The position numbers and the translations under genes are program-made. Source: Spongospora subterranea f. sp. subterranea (lineage: Eukaryota). From it: 47,978 bases of DNA. This document shows, in pieces, positions 1 to 12,177 of this stretch (positions are counted from its first letter, which is position 1; each line of letters opens with the position of its first letter). The notes below the pieces were generated by a model that was not told the DNA's origin, ran no database searches, and saw only the letters and a list, made by a program, of their open reading frames with translations. The stretch lies in assembly GCA_049724395.1 (NCBI GenBank), contig JAUGWO010000125.1, positions 1 through 47,978 on the forward strand, read 5' to 3'.

Positions 1-78
1 AAATTTAGTACGGACTAATCGATTGCTTCCTCGATCAATGTGAATATAAAGGTTGTCATCTAACCAGTTTTCCTTGGC

Positions 79-1375
79 TAAATGGGTCAGGGGAGAGGAA
101 GAAGACGGGGGATGAGATAGAGGAAGTGGGTAAATGGGTCAGGGAGATGAAGAAGACGGGGGGATGAGATAGAGGAAGTGGGTAAATGGGTCAGGGAGGA
201 AGAGACGGGGGGGATGAGATAGAGGAAGGGGGTAAATGGGTCAGGGAGAGGAAGAAGACGGGGGACTAGATAGAGGAAGTGGGTAAATGGGTCAGGGAGA
301 TGAAGAAGACGGGGGGATGAGATAGAGGAAGTGGGTAAATGGGTCAGGGAGATGAAGAAGACGGGGGGATGAGATAGAGGAAGTGGGTAAATGGGTCAGG
401 GAGAGGAAGAAGACGGGGGGATGAGATAGAGGAAGTGGGTAAATGGGTCAGGGAGAGGAAGAAGACGGGGATGAGATAGAGGAAGTGGGTAAATGGGTCA
501 GGGAGATGAAGAAGACGGGGGGATGAGATAGAGGAAGTGGGTAAATGGGTCAGGGAGATGAAGAAGACGGGGGATGAGATAGAGGAAGTGGGTAAATGGG
601 TCAGGGAGATGAAGAAGACGGGGGGATGAGATAGAGGAAGTGGGTAAAGGGTCAGGGAGATGAAGAAGACGGGGGGATGAGATAGAGGAAGTGGGTAAAT
701 GGGTCATGGAGATGAAGAAGACGGGGGGATGAGATAGAGGAAGTGGGTAAATGGGTCAGGGAGAGGAAGGAGACGGGGTAAATGGGTCAGGAGAGGAAGA
801 AGACGGGGGGATGAGATAGAGGAAGTGGGTAAATGGGTCAGGGAGAGGAAGGAGACGGGGATGAGATAGTAGGAAAGTGGGTTGGGTCAGGGAGAGGAAG
901 AAGACGGGGGATGAGATAGAGGAAGTGGGTAAATGGGTCAGGGAGATGAAGAAGACGGGGGGATGAGATAGAGGATAGAGGAAGTGGGTAAATGGGTCAG
1001 GGAGAGGAAGAAGACGGGGGGATGAGATAGAGGAAGTGGGTAAATGGGTCAGGGAGAGGAAGAAGACGGGGGGATGAGATAGAGGAAGTGGGTAAATGGG
1101 TCAGGGAGATGAAGAAGACGGGGGGATGAGATAGAGGAAGTGGGTAAATGGGTCAGGGAGAGGAAGAAGACGGGGGGATGAGATAGAGGAAGTGGGTAAA
1201 TGGGTCAGGGAGAGGAAGAAGACGGGGATGAGATAGAGGAAGTGGGTAAATGGGTCAGGGAGATGAAGAAGATGGGGGGATGAGATAGAGGAAGTGGGTA
1301 AATGGGTCATGGAGATGAAGAAGACGGGGGGATGAGATAGAGGAAGTGGGTAAAAGGGTCAGTGGAGATGAAGAG
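79..1375 (+). repeat. 52-bp G/purine-rich tandem minisatellite, ~25 units
   Basis: Unit GGGTAAATGGGTCAGGGAGA(T/G)GAAGAAGACGGGGGGATGAGATAGAGGAAGT, head to tail, with a variable G-run and no spacers. Confidence 0.97.
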
Positions 1376-1789
1376 AGACAAGGGAATGGTAGAATGAGTC
1401 TGAAATCAGATTCAGCGGTGATGGTGAGGTTCAGGCAATCAGTGAAGGTGTCAGGTTCGGATATTGGCAAATGACAAGAATCTAGGTACGATTAGTCTTT
1501 ATTGGGTCTGACCTCTGGCAGTGAACACGATAACTCTGGATAGGCAAATTGATCAAGTGGGGGGATGTCCCATCGGTGTGGTCATTATGACAGGTTATGG
1601 TGGTGAATATAGCTGGTCTAATAGGTTCCCTCAGTTAATACCCAATCTACTTGTAGTGGCCAGGCAACCAGGGAAAACCTGGTAGTACACAGGATTACCC
1701 GACCCATAAAACCCACGAACCTTTGTGTATCATGCCATACCATACCACGTTCAAGGACATGTTGCTGCAGCTTCCACCAATTGATTTTC

Positions 1790-3233
1790 CCCGCGACGGC
1801 CGTCTTCATAGCCTAAACGCTTTCTCCATTTCCGGAGTCCACCGATTTAATAGTAAGATACGCGTCGCCTATTTCATTGTACAACGTGGGTAAATGTGTC
1901 AGGGAGAGGAAGAAGACGGGGATGAGATAGACCCTTCGCATCCAGTTGGCAGCACATAGAAATTGCACCAATTCGCCAGCCGTCAGCGGGGAGAGCCAAA
2001 TTAACCAACTCCTCAATTCGAATGGGTCAGGGGAGACCAGTAGATGAATTTAATTCGCCACAGAACGATATCTCCGAGCGGAATAACTGGGGCTTATGCA
2101 GCGCCAATTTTAACCTTAAACGTCGTGCAGACTCAAAAACGGGGCGCAGCTGCTGCAGAAGTTTTTCATGCGATGAATTGTGAGAAAGTACATCATCGAT
2201 ATTAATCTCGACTTTATCGACCTCGGCAAACATCACCGACGCGGTGGACTGGAACCATCCAACGCCATTCACCGAACCTTGCAACACCCTGCGAAGAATA
2301 CGCCATGTGGCAACATTACGGAAAAAGTTTCTGAGGTCGCATTGTCAACTGGTAATTGCCAGTGGCCATTGTCGGCATCCAACACCGAAAACACGCTCGA
2401 GCCAACCATCCGCGAGGCAACTAATTTCTTGGTCCCACTGCGGCCAGACGTATCGCTCCGTTATTGCATTCAACTGTCGGAGACGACGCACAGTCGAAAT
2501 TCACCCGGGCGGCCAGGTTTCGGGGCTGCCAACGCAGCCGATGCAAAACGCGTCGAATTATTTTGACAATGCCATATTCTAGTAACTGCTTATAGATATC
2601 CGTCAGAAACTGATAATGAGTAGGCGCATAACGACGTTGACGGCATCGGAACGCCTTAGCGCCATCAATCAACTGTAGAGATAGAGGAGGGATCTTGATC
2701 TGCGGATCCGCCGAGAGTCCGCTTCGAAAAATATCCGCGATTTCATCAACATTTGTCGTAATTTTGGCTTGAACTCCACCGGAAAAGCGTCAGCAGCCTC
2801 CACCCACCGCATCTTTCATTGGTTTCCACGCTTGTGGATCTTATGGATGACATCTCAGTTTCAAATTCGTCATCCATCCGCTCCATTGATGTATCGACGC
2901 GATCGGCTGCTGGAGAAGCATCACGAATTCGTCGTAACCTTTGCATATTGCCAGCTGGCTTCAATGGCGCGACGTCAAATCTTGGACATGACTCCGAAAG
3001 GTCCCGAAATAGGCTCTCAACATCCAGACCAATGGATCCGAAATCGAGCGACTCAGGAATACTTCCAGTTCCACGTCAACCAACTGAAATGCAATGTTCT
3101 CAAGGTGTATACGGCCAAGTGCCGTTGTAACTACTAAATCGAAGATGATGACGCCCCCCACCTTGACCGGGGAATTGACGAGCACCGAATATAATATAGC
3201 GCCATCCGCATCGGAACGGCTCTTGACCGCCAT
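1790..3233 (-). mobile_element. Degenerate Ty3/Gypsy RT region (mirror of 12795-14270)
   Basis: Same fragments as the right-arm copy, with minisatellite intrusions at about 1885-2040. Confidence 0.75.
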
Positions 3234-3848
3234 TGTTATGGAATAATGCCCGTAATTCGCAGGGCAACCGTGCAGGTTTAGAAATCCTTTGCGAATATAC
3301 CTTGCTGTTTGAAGCCGCCCTTATAAATAAAAATCAATAAACCATTCAGAAATATTGCTTCTTGTTCCAACAACTAGTTCGCCTGTCGGCTATAGCACAT
3401 TCCTCCATCAATCCCTAACATTATATTTCTGAATCCTAGTTCAAAACAAGACACCCGAATTAGTGCCTGTCTGGCTAGCCTGACGTTGGCCTCCATTATC
3501 CGGCCGGTGCCGTTCATCCAGTTTCGCCCCACCCAATCTCATCCGAACTCCATTCTCCGGGTTTCGTCGGTCTTGGATTATCCAGGCTCGCCCGTCCTGG
3601 TCTCGTCGCTGTCACCCGCAGGTTGCAGAGGAGGTGTACAGGGGGGACGTACCGTCCCATTCTCCTTCCTCAGAAACCGTCTGGAGAGATGAGGAAATGG
3701 CCCAGATCCCTCCTCGAATTGGTGGGTCTCGTCCAGGGAAGTTGCCGAATAAGGGCCGTCGACGTGCTCTGTACGCCGAACTACTCTTTATGGATTAATG
3801 GGAGATTCTCTTGTTTACGATTGTCTTGATTTTCTTTAGAGGTTTCGG

Positions 3849-4934
3849 ATGGAACAAGCTTTGTTCGAAAGTCATCAGGCTGTTGTTCAGCATGATGACT
3901 ACTTTACACAGAAACTGGACGCGCTCAAGTTTGGTTTCGCAGACGAGTGTCGCTGTTTCCTTGTAAACTTGAACTCATATTGTTCAGATACCTGGACTTA
4001 CCTCTCTGCAAAAAGTTGTGTCTGCACATCGCCTTCTAACTGCTGGCAACTCTGCCTAAGAGCATGATGATAAATATCGAATGGCCGAATCAACATCGTT
4101 GCAGGCCCTCAAGCGTTATTGTTCTGCGATCAACGAGATCTATTCTGAACATTTTCTTCGATCTCCAACTGAGCAGGACCTCAATCGCATCTCGGATGAA
4201 TCGATGGATGCAGGGTGGCCAGGGTGCCTAGGCAGCATACATGCATTGGAGTTGGAAGAACTGCCCCAGTAGAGCTGGAAAGGCATGTTTCAAGGCAAGG
4301 AAAAGTCTGCGACGGTAGTTTTGGAAGCGATTGACGACCAAAGTCTTCATTTTTGGCACTGTACACTTTGGTATCCCAGGGTCTCTGAATGACCTTAACG
4401 TTCTTGACCGTTCAACTTTGTTTGACAATGCCATCAAAGGCAGAGCAACGGTATCGAGTTCTCCACCGCATACTGGTTAGCCGACGGAATCTACCCGCAA
4501 TATCAATGCTTTGTCAAATCCTATGGCAACGCTGATCCATCGGCATTGTCACCCAAGTCGAAGCTTTTTCACAACAACAAGAAGCAAGGCGCAAGTCTGG
4601 GTTTTACAGGCTCGTTTCCACATTCTCACAATTCCCTGTAAATTGTGGGAAGGTAACGCCATGGAATCTGTGATGAGGACGTGTGTAATTTTACACAACC
4701 TTGTCACAAAATATGAACGAGAACACAGCTTTGGATGGTAGCTACATCCACAATGACGAATATGTTCCAAGGCACCCATTTCGCCTAGTAACCATGTCCG
4801 AACAGGAAGGGCTTGACCTGACTGACAATTATCGTTATGCTATCCTGGATAACATCAAAGACAACTACTTGCACCAGTCGCTACACAGTGATCTTCGAAA
4901 TCACTTGTGGTTGTTTCATGGCCAACACGATTGA
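3849..4934 (+). mobile_element. PIF/Harbinger-type transposase pseudogene
   Basis: Frameshifted motifs DDYFTQKLDA, RMAEST..ALKRYCSAINEIYSEHFLRSPT, GWPGCLGS, VVLEAI, FGIPGSLNDLNVLDRSTLF, YWLADGIYP, VLQARFHIL and MRTCVILHN, typical of Harbinger/Plant_tran nucleases. Confidence 0.88.
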
Positions 4935-4989
4935 TGAGGCAAATCGGAAACTTTCAATTTATAAATTGTGTTCCTATCGCGGAATTTGC

Positions 4990-5068
4990 GTATTGCGCTC
5001 ATGTTGTCCAGACCAACTGTCCGGGGTCTGACAACTCCGTGATCTCATGACATCTCCCTAACAGTACA
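4990..5068 (+). promoter_or_regulatory. Conserved 5' flank of the PaxB-like gene family (putative promoter, 5'UTR or splice acceptor)
   Basis: tccagacca(a/t)ctgtc..ggg.tctg.ca(a)ctc(c/t)gtga(t/c)ctcatgacat.tcc(c/t)taacagtac(a/t)ATG recurs before every copy (7480-7545, 10957-11030, 20346-20415, 22412-22475, 26501-26567), while sequence further upstream differs. Confidence 0.55.
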
Positions 5069-5764
5069 ATGAACGTGGAGGTCCTGGTCGAAGAAATTCT
5101 GTTTCCAAATGTTGTTTTCTTTGCATGGACGATAGGCCATTTGTATATGATCTTCGCGACCTGGGACTCCTCATCATATGCAATGCCGTTGGGCCCTCTT
5201 TATGGCATGCTTGCCTGGAACATATTTCGATGTGTCTACTTCCATTCCTGGATCATTTTAATCTTCAGCGCCGTCTGGATATGCTGTGAGTTGGTGTTAA
5301 TTTTTTTCACGAACAGAAATCTTCTTCGTCCGGATAATCCTGATTTCCCAACTACTGCTCCTCTGGTCAAACGATGTCTGATTCCGATATCGGCTTTATA
5401 TTTTTTGATATGGGTCGCCTTTTTCGTCTTCGCTATTCCAGAGTTTGGAGATGTCATCTTGGCTTTGGCAGGGGTTGGCTTAAATGCCTACCTCTCGACC
5501 GCTTTGATCTTCATGTTAATATCTCGATGGTCGTGTCGTGAGGAATCTCGGTTCGTCATTTGGTGCAAATGGTTGTTCGATAACTTAACCTCCCGGTCAT
5601 TGTATACCTATGATCTTCATAGTCTGGGTTTGTTCGCGTTTCTCGCCACCACTCTTCTTAATATCATCTATTTATATTTGTGTCATGGATTTTACACGAA
5701 ATCGGCGCCAACCAACCCCTCCCAACTCTCCGATCAAACGGATGAACCAATCACTTCTGTTTAA
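5069..5764 (+). CDS. PaxB/Pyr4-family integral-membrane terpene-cyclase-like protein, variant A (231 aa; left-arm copy)
   Basis: Intact ORF with ~7 hydrophobic segments. AWTIGHLYM..SYAMPLGPLYGMLAWN, APLVKR and LS..LIFMLISRWSCREES match the spacing of the family motifs W..Y..M..Y.M...L..N.AWE, APLV.R and LS..L..LL.RGS.RG.S as I recall them. Confidence 0.8.
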   Translation: MNVEVLVEEILFPNVVFFAWTIGHLYMIFATWDSSSYAMPLGPLYGMLAWNIFRCVYFHSWIILIFSAVWICCELVLIFFTNRNLLRPDNPDFPTTAPLVKRCLIPISALYFLIWVAFFVFAIPEFGDVILALAGVGLNAYLSTALIFMLISRWSCREESRFVIWCKWLFDNLTSRSLYTYDLHSLGLFAFLATTLLNIIYLYLCHGFYTKSAPTNPSQLSDQTDEPITSV

Positions 5765-5819
5765 TTAAAAGACACATTTCCCGCTTCTGTTCTACATATA
5801 TTTCGTTCCGAGATTTTTT

Positions 5820-6210
5820 TAACCTATCAGAGTTTATTAACTTGACAATAAAATCGAGTGAGATTGACCGCCATAAATTTGCTGGGATGGGCGAAGGGTG
5901 CAGTAAACCTGTTGGTGACATGTGTTGCAGTGTTGTGCATTGGCAACGATCGCAAGATTTAACATATCGACGAATGACGCTGTCCATGCCCGACCACAAG
6001 AAATGAAGTTGAATCGCCTGCCACATTTTCCGTCGACCGAGATGACTGCCTAGTTGTGCATCATGACGTTGAGCAAGCACCGATCTGTAGGGACCACGAG
6101 GGCTTGTTCTTGATAGAGGAGACCTTCGTGAACCTGGAAAGGTTTGGTGGTGTTGACGAGTTGCGGAACGGTTTTATCGTTGGACTGCACTTCTTTGATA
6201 AGATTGACGA
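5820..6210 (-). mobile_element. Ty3/Gypsy integrase N-terminal (HHCC) fragment
   Basis: TKPFQVHEGLLYQEQALVVP..HDAQLGSHLGRRK...RRYVKSCDRCQ...LWRSISLDFIVKL, clearly related to the same region of the Gypsy pol at 43807-46644. Confidence 0.9.
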
Positions 6211-6793
6211 GTGACCGATTAATACGGCCAGTTGATTGAATCTGTGATTGCCCCAGTGCCAAAATCGTCATTTGATTTTAGTGAGGTTCGCTGTTGAACT
6301 TCGTATTAGGGTCGTCCCCGACGACTGACCTCAGAGGTCGATAACGCAGGTCAACGCATTACCTTTCAAACTAATGAGTATCAGGTTCGGTAACGTCGGC
6401 GGAAGTGGCATTACCGAAAGACTGTCAATTTGGGCAAAGATGGCAAATAGCTTGACCCACGTTGCCTCTCCTATCGAAGTGGGGCTGAAATCGCCAGAAA
6501 ACTTGACAAGGTCGATACGGACCGTTAGTTCGCCAGGTGTCGCATATTCTGGAGCTAGATCGACCGCCGGTTTCGCAGAACTGATTCAACATCATTTCTT
6601 GTGGTCGGGCATGGACAACGTCATTCGTCGATATGTTGAATCTTGCGATCGTTGCCAGGCACAAAATTGCAACAAATGCCACCAACAGGTTTACTGCACC
6701 GTTCGCCCATCCCAACAAATTTATGGCGGTCAATCTCACTCGATTTTTCTTGTCATTCATGTAGAACAGAAGCGGGAAAACGTTTCTGTTTAA

Positions 6794-7479
6794 TTAAACA
6801 GAAGTGATTGGCTCATCCGTTTGATGAGGAAGTGGGTAGATGGGTAGAGGAGATGAAGAAGACGGGGGGATGAGCCAACGAAGATACATAGATGATATTA
6901 AGAATAGCTATGGCGCAAAAGGCGAGAAAGCCCAGAAAATGAAGCGGGGGGATGAGATAGAGGAAGTGGGTAAATGGGTCAGGGAGACCAAGAAGACGGG
7001 GGGATGAGATAGAGGAAGTGGGTAAATGGGTCATGGAGATGAAGAAGACGGGGGGATGAGATAGAGGAAGTGGGTAAATGGGTCAGGGAGAGGAAGAAGA
7101 CGGGATTCGCCATCGCCAAACTCTGGAATAGCGAAGAGGAAAAAGGCGACCCAGGTCAGAAAATATACAGCCGATATCGGAATGAGACATCGTTTGAACC
7201 AAGGAGCAGTAGTTGGGAAATCAGGATTATCCGGACGAAGAAGATTTCTGTTCGTGAAGAAAATTAACACCAACTCACAGCATATCCAGACGGCGCTGAC
7301 AATTAAAACGATAGAGGAATGGAGATAACACATCGAAATATGTTCCAGGCAAGCATGCCATAGAGAGGGCCCAATGGCATTGCATATGATGAGGAGTTCC
7401 GGGTCAGGGAGATCAGATACAAATGGCCTATCGTCCATACAACACCAACACCAATGTTAAAAAACTGGTGGCTGTCCAT
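6794..7479 (-). pseudogene. PaxB-like protein, variant D (starts MDSHQFFNIGVGVVWTIG); C-terminal half overwritten by minisatellite motif
   Basis: The ATG at 7479 has the shared 5' flank and is near-identical to 26127-26500. It has a 4-bp loss near 7325 and minisatellite blocks at 6825-7105, but ILNIIY and the family stop context survive. It may be intact in the real genome. Confidence 0.7.
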
Positions 7480-7650
7480 AGTACTGTTAAGGAAATGTCA
7501 TGAGGTCACGGAGTGGCAGATCCCCGACAGATGGTCTGGAGAAAATGCGCAAACTGTGCGCATTTTCTCCATCGCAAATCCGCGATACGATGGCAGAGCC
7601 CACCGTAAGGATGACAATCCGGTATTTGTACCGTATACAGTACAAGAAGG

Positions 7651-7715
7651 TACTCCCTCCGTTGGAAATAAAGGTCTCACGCACCTTTTTTTGATGTTCG
7701 GAAATAAAGGTCTCG
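7651..7715. mobile_element. Single Tc1/mariner (Stowaway-like) terminus
   Basis: TA followed by CTCCCTCCGTT, with GGAAATAAAGGTCTC repeated at ~7664 and ~7700. No partner end was found. Confidence 0.5.
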
Positions 7716-7959
7716 GGGATGGTTCTGCACAATTAAAGCTCAGTTGATCCTGCGTTCGCTGCTTCAGAACTTCCAAGGCCATCATTGAATTCTTCTTAAT
7801 GATGGCCTTGGCGCCTGACGAACTTGTTGACGCTTTCTAGGTTCAATTTGATAAAGTGGACAGAGAAAAGTTTGAAGAACCGGTCCATTGAAGAATTTTT
7901 TATTCATCACCACTCTGTGCATCCTGCTTTGCTTGATGCAAAACTGCAATGTCGCAGGG

Positions 7960-9760
7960 TAAATGACAATTTACCACCATGCCCTTCAATCAACCAACGA
8001 ATCCCAGGAAGTGCCGTGATTGTAGACGTGGATATATTCAACGCAGAACAACCAAGCTACATAGCTCGTCCCGGCACGCCATCAATGCATGGTCAAGTTT
8101 TCTCTCACAGCATTCCCGCTTTCATACGAAAACCGGTTGTCATTTTGGCTTGACTCTGCTCACAATGTCGTCACTGGACAAACGCATTCATTTTCTGCAA
8201 ACGTGGCGTTGATCAGACTTGATCACGGCTCCGGCATCGTTGCAGATCAGTTCTGGATGTAAATGGGTCACGCTTGGGTCAGGGGATGAGCATAGAGGAA
8301 GGGGGTTTTCAGGGTTTCAATGAGATTTGCGCCAGAGGAAGTGGGTAAATGGGTCAGGGAGAGGAAGAAGACGGGGGATGTCAAAGCTCTGGGAAAATTG
8401 GTCACTGATTGGATCCAACTTGCGCCAAAAGATGTGAAATAGCATCGACGAAAGTCGGGGACATCTCAATCATGATGCAGCGGAAGGAGCGACTGCTCGT
8501 GAATCGCCGATAAAGCTTCAACCGTTTTGCCATCAACCCAAACCGCCAGTTTCTTCACATCATTGTTGTTAATCGGTCCAATAACAATTCTCCCTGACCC
8601 ATTTACCCACTTCCTCTATCTCTATCCCCCGTCTGAATAGACATCGAAGACCCATTTACCCACTTCGATCTCATCCCCCCATCTTCTTCCTCTCTGACCC
8701 ATTAAGGACGTACAGGAAACAACGATTGTTCTTGTTGGTCCCTGACCCATTTACCCACTTCCTCTATCTCATCCCCCGTAACTCCTTCCTGATAAAATGC
8801 TGACCCATATGGCATGTGTAGACTTCCTCTATGAAGTCTGTGAGTTGGTGTTAATACCCATTCTGCTTCATCTTCGTGGACCCAATGACCCCCTTCCTGA
8901 TTGGCCCCCGCTTGGGATCTCCATGCCCCGATACCCACTTCATCTCCATTTTCTGCCTCTGCATTTACCGTCCTTCTGTCGGGACCCCCGTTTCTTCCTC
9001 TCCAAGGGCCATTTCCAATGCCTGTCGCATCCGATCCGGTTGGTCTTCTCAGCTCGTTCAAGCTGGCAATCCGGGAACTCCTCTGATAGGCGCCCATCGA
9101 GTCCAACGATCTCATTCTTCTTCCTCTATCCATCTGAGCATTTATATCCGGCTCTGGACCCTTCCTTCATTTGCCCAGTCTTCTTCCTCTCCCTGAGCCC
9201 ATTTACCCACTTCCTCTATCTCATTCGAAGGGGATCAGCAAGCGATGAATTTCTTCGCCTCCCGATATCTCCGAGCTGACCCATAACTGACCTTTTATTA
9301 TGCACCCACTTCCAAATCTTCCCCAAACCGGCAGAAACAATTGGCGAACATTGCGCCACTGTTCATGCGCATTTGTTACAGCAGCAACAGCAGCAAATTT
9401 TGGACCTGACCCATTTATCGACAGAGTTGCCATGACGTTTCCATGCCCGACCACTTCCATCGGACCTGTTCCAAAAACCCACGGTCGATCTAGCTCCAGA
9501 ATATGTCAAGGTCGAACTATCGAAATCGACCTTGTCAAGTTTACCGACTTCAGCCCTACTTCGATAGTGTAGGCAACGTGGGTCAAGCTCATTTGCCAAA
9601 TTTGCTCAAATTGACAGCCTTTCGGCAATGCCGCTTCCGCCGACGGTCGGAACCTGATACTCCAGTTTGAAAGGTAATGCGTTGACCTGCATATCGACCT
9701 CTGAGGTCAGTCGTCGGGGACGACCCTAATACGAAGTTCAACAGCGAAGGCATCAAATGA
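7960..9760 (+). repeat. Corrupted direct copy of 23830-25440 (duplication unit preceding a PaxB-like gene)
   Basis: Shared blocks such as caacgaatcccaggaagtgccg, ccgttttgccatcaacccaaaccgccagtttcttcac and aatgcctgtcgcatccg, interleaved with minisatellite motif. Confidence 0.8.
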
Positions 9761-9809
9761 CGATTTTCACTGGGGCAATAACAGATTTATCAACTGGCCG
9801 TATTAATCG

Positions 9810-10200
9810 GTCACTCGTCAATCTTATCAAAGAAGTGCAGTCCAACGATAAAACCGTTCCGCAACTGGTCAACACCACCAAACCTTTCCAGGTTCCCGAA
9901 GGTCTCCTCTATCAGAGAACAAGCCCTCGTGGTCCCTACAGATCGGTGCTTGCTCAACGTCATGATGCACAACTAGGCAGTCATCTCGGTCGACGGAAAA
10001 TGTGGCAGGCGATTCAACTTCATTTCTTGTGGTCGGGCATGGACAGCGTCATTCGTCGATATGTTAAATCTTGCGATCGTTGCCAATGCACAACACTGCA
10101 ACACATGTCACCAACAGGTTTACTGCACCCTTCGCCCATCCCAGCAAATTTATGGCGGTCAATCTCACTCGTTTTATTGTCAAGTTAATAAACTCTGATA
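9810..10200 (+). mobile_element. Ty3/Gypsy integrase fragment (mirror of 5820-6210)
   Basis: HDAQLGSHLGRRK...CDRCQ...LWRSISL in ORF 9757..10188. Confidence 0.9.
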
Positions 10201-10260
10201 GGTTAAAAAAATCTCGGAACGAAATATATGTAGAACAGAAGCGGGAAATGTGTCTTTTAA

Positions 10261-10956
10261 TTAAACAGAAGTGATTGGTTCATCCGTTTGATCGGAGAGT
10301 TGGGAGGGGTTGGTTGGCGCCGATTTCGTGTAAAATCCATGACACAAATATAAATAGATGATATTAAGAAGAGTGGTGGCGAGAAACGCGAACAAACCCA
10401 GACTATGAAGATCATAGGTATACAATGACCGGGAGGTTAAGTTATCGAACAACCATTTGCACCAAATGACGAACCGAGATTCCTCACGACACGACCATCG
10501 AGATATTAACATGAAGATCAAAGCGGTCGAGAGGTAGGCATTTAAGCCAACCCCTGCCAAAGCCAAGATGACATCTCCAAACTCTGGAATAGCGAAGACG
10601 AAAAAGGCGACCCATATCAAAAAATATAAAGCCGATATCGGAATCAGACATCGTTTGACCAGAGGAGCAGTAGTTGGGAAATCAGGATTATCCGGACGAA
10701 GAAGATTTCTGTTCGTGAAAAAAATTAACACCAACTCACAGCATATCCAGACGGCGCTGAAGATTAAAATGATCCAGGAATGGAAGTAGACACATCGAAA
10801 TATGTTCCAGGCAAGCATGCCATAAAGAGGGCCCAACGGCATTGCATATGATGAGGAGTCCCAGGTCGCGAAGATCATATACAAATGGCCTATCGTCCAT
10901 GCAAAGAAAACAACATTTGGAAACAGAATTTCTTCGACCAGGACCTCCACGTTCAT
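10261..10956 (-). CDS. PaxB/Pyr4-family terpene-cyclase-like membrane protein, variant A (231 aa)
   Basis: Protein identical to 5069..5764; intact ORF. Confidence 0.82.
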   Translation of the reverse strand: MNVEVLVEEILFPNVVFFAWTIGHLYMIFATWDSSSYAMPLGPLYGMLAWNIFRCVYFHSWIILIFSAVWICCELVLIFFTNRNLLRPDNPDFPTTAPLVKRCLIPISALYFLIWVAFFVFAIPEFGDVILALAGVGLNAYLSTALIFMLISRWSCREESRFVIWCKWLFDNLTSRSLYTYDLHSLGLFAFLATTLLNIIYLYLCHGFYTKSAPTNPSQLSDQTDEPITSV

Positions 10957-11090
10957 TGTACTGTTAGGGAGATGTCATGAGATCACGGAGTTGTCAGACC
11001 CCGGACAGTTGGTCTGGACAACATGAGCGCAATACGCAAATTCCGCGATAGGAACACAATTTATAAATTGAAAGTTTCCGATTTGCCTCA

Positions 11091-12177
11091 TCAATCGTGT
11101 TGGCCATGAAACAACCACAAGTGATTTCGAAGATCACTGTGTAGCGACTGGTGCAAGTAGTTGTCTTTGATGTTATCCAGGATAGCATAACGATAATTGT
11201 CAGTCAGGTCAAGCCCTTCCTGTTCGGACATGGTTACTAGGCGAAATGGGTGCCTTGGAACATATTCGTCATTGTGGATGTAGCTACCATCCAAAGCTGT
11301 GTTCTCGTTCATATTTTGTGACAAGGTTGTGTAAAATTACACACGTCCTCATCACAGATTCCATGGCGTTACCTTCCCACAATTTACAGGGAATTGTGAG
11401 AATGTGGAAACGAGCCTGTAAAACCCAGACTTGCGCCTTGCTTCTTGTTGTTGTGAAAAAGCTTCGACTTGGGTGACAATGCCGATGGATCAGCGTTGCC
11501 ATAGGATTTGACAAAGCATTGATATTGCGGGTAGATTCCGTCGGCTAACCAGTATGCGGTGGAGCAACTCGATACCGTTGCTCTGCCTTTGATGGCATTG
11601 TCAAACAAAGTTGAACGGTCAAGAACGTTAAGGTCATTCAGAGACCCTGGGATACCAAAGTGTACAGTGCCAAAAATGAAGACTTTGGTCGTCAATCGCT
11701 TCCAAAACTACCGTCGCAGACTTTTCCTTGCCTTGAAACATGCCTTTCCAGCTCTACTGGGGCAGTTCTTCCAACTCCAATGCATGTATGCTGCCTAGGC
11801 ACCCTGGCCACCCTGCATCCATCGATTCATCCGAGATGCGATTGAGGTCCTGCTCAGTTGGAGATCGAAGAAAATGTTCAGAATAGATCTCGTTGATCGC
11901 AGAACAATAACGCTTGAGGGCCTGCAACGATGTTGATTCGGCCATTCGATATTTATCATCATGCTCTTAGGCAGAGTTGCCAGCAGTTAGAAGGCGATGT
12001 GCAGACACAACTTTTTGCAGAGAGGTAAGTCCAGGTATCTGAACAATATGAGTTCAAGTTTACAAGGAAACAGCGACACTCGTCTGCGAAACCAAACTTG
12101 AGCGCGTCCAGTTTCTGTGTAAAGTAGTCATCATGCTGAACAACAGCCTGATGACTTTCGAACAAAGCTTGTTCCAT
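11091..12177 (-). mobile_element. PIF/Harbinger transposase pseudogene (mirror of 3849-4934)
   Basis: Same motifs, e.g. FGIPGSLNDLNVLDRSTLF and YWLADGIYP in ORF 11384..11695. Confidence 0.88.

Larger units (their letters stand above)
1..6572. repeat. Left arm of a ~6.6 kb inverted duplication (mirror of ~9481-16170)
   Basis: Bases 1-80 are the reverse complement (with indels) of 16090-16170. Identical ORFs occur on opposite strands (5069..5764+ = 10261..10956-; 2180..2566+ = 13462..13848-). Similarity ends near 6572/9481 (ggagctagatcgaccg / cggtcgatctagctcc). Confidence 0.95.

Noticed and set aside
79..1375. CRISPR array or telomeric repeat
   Set aside because: The units are contiguous with no unique spacers, no cas genes are present and the context is eukaryotic. 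A 52-bp unit is not a short telomerase-type repeat.
498..1470. Repetitive ORFs (also 14865-15107, 8702-9279)
   Set aside because: They are translations of the minisatellite or of corrupted consensus; the unit length is not a multiple of 3.
5069..5764. Rhodopsin or GPCR interpretation of the 7-TM protein
   Set aside because: There is no retinal-binding Lys motif in the last helix and no GPCR motifs. Motif spacing fits PaxB/Pyr4 much better.
5069..5764. Counting this as an independent paralog
   Set aside because: It is identical to 10261-10956 and lies in the possibly artefactual mirror arm.
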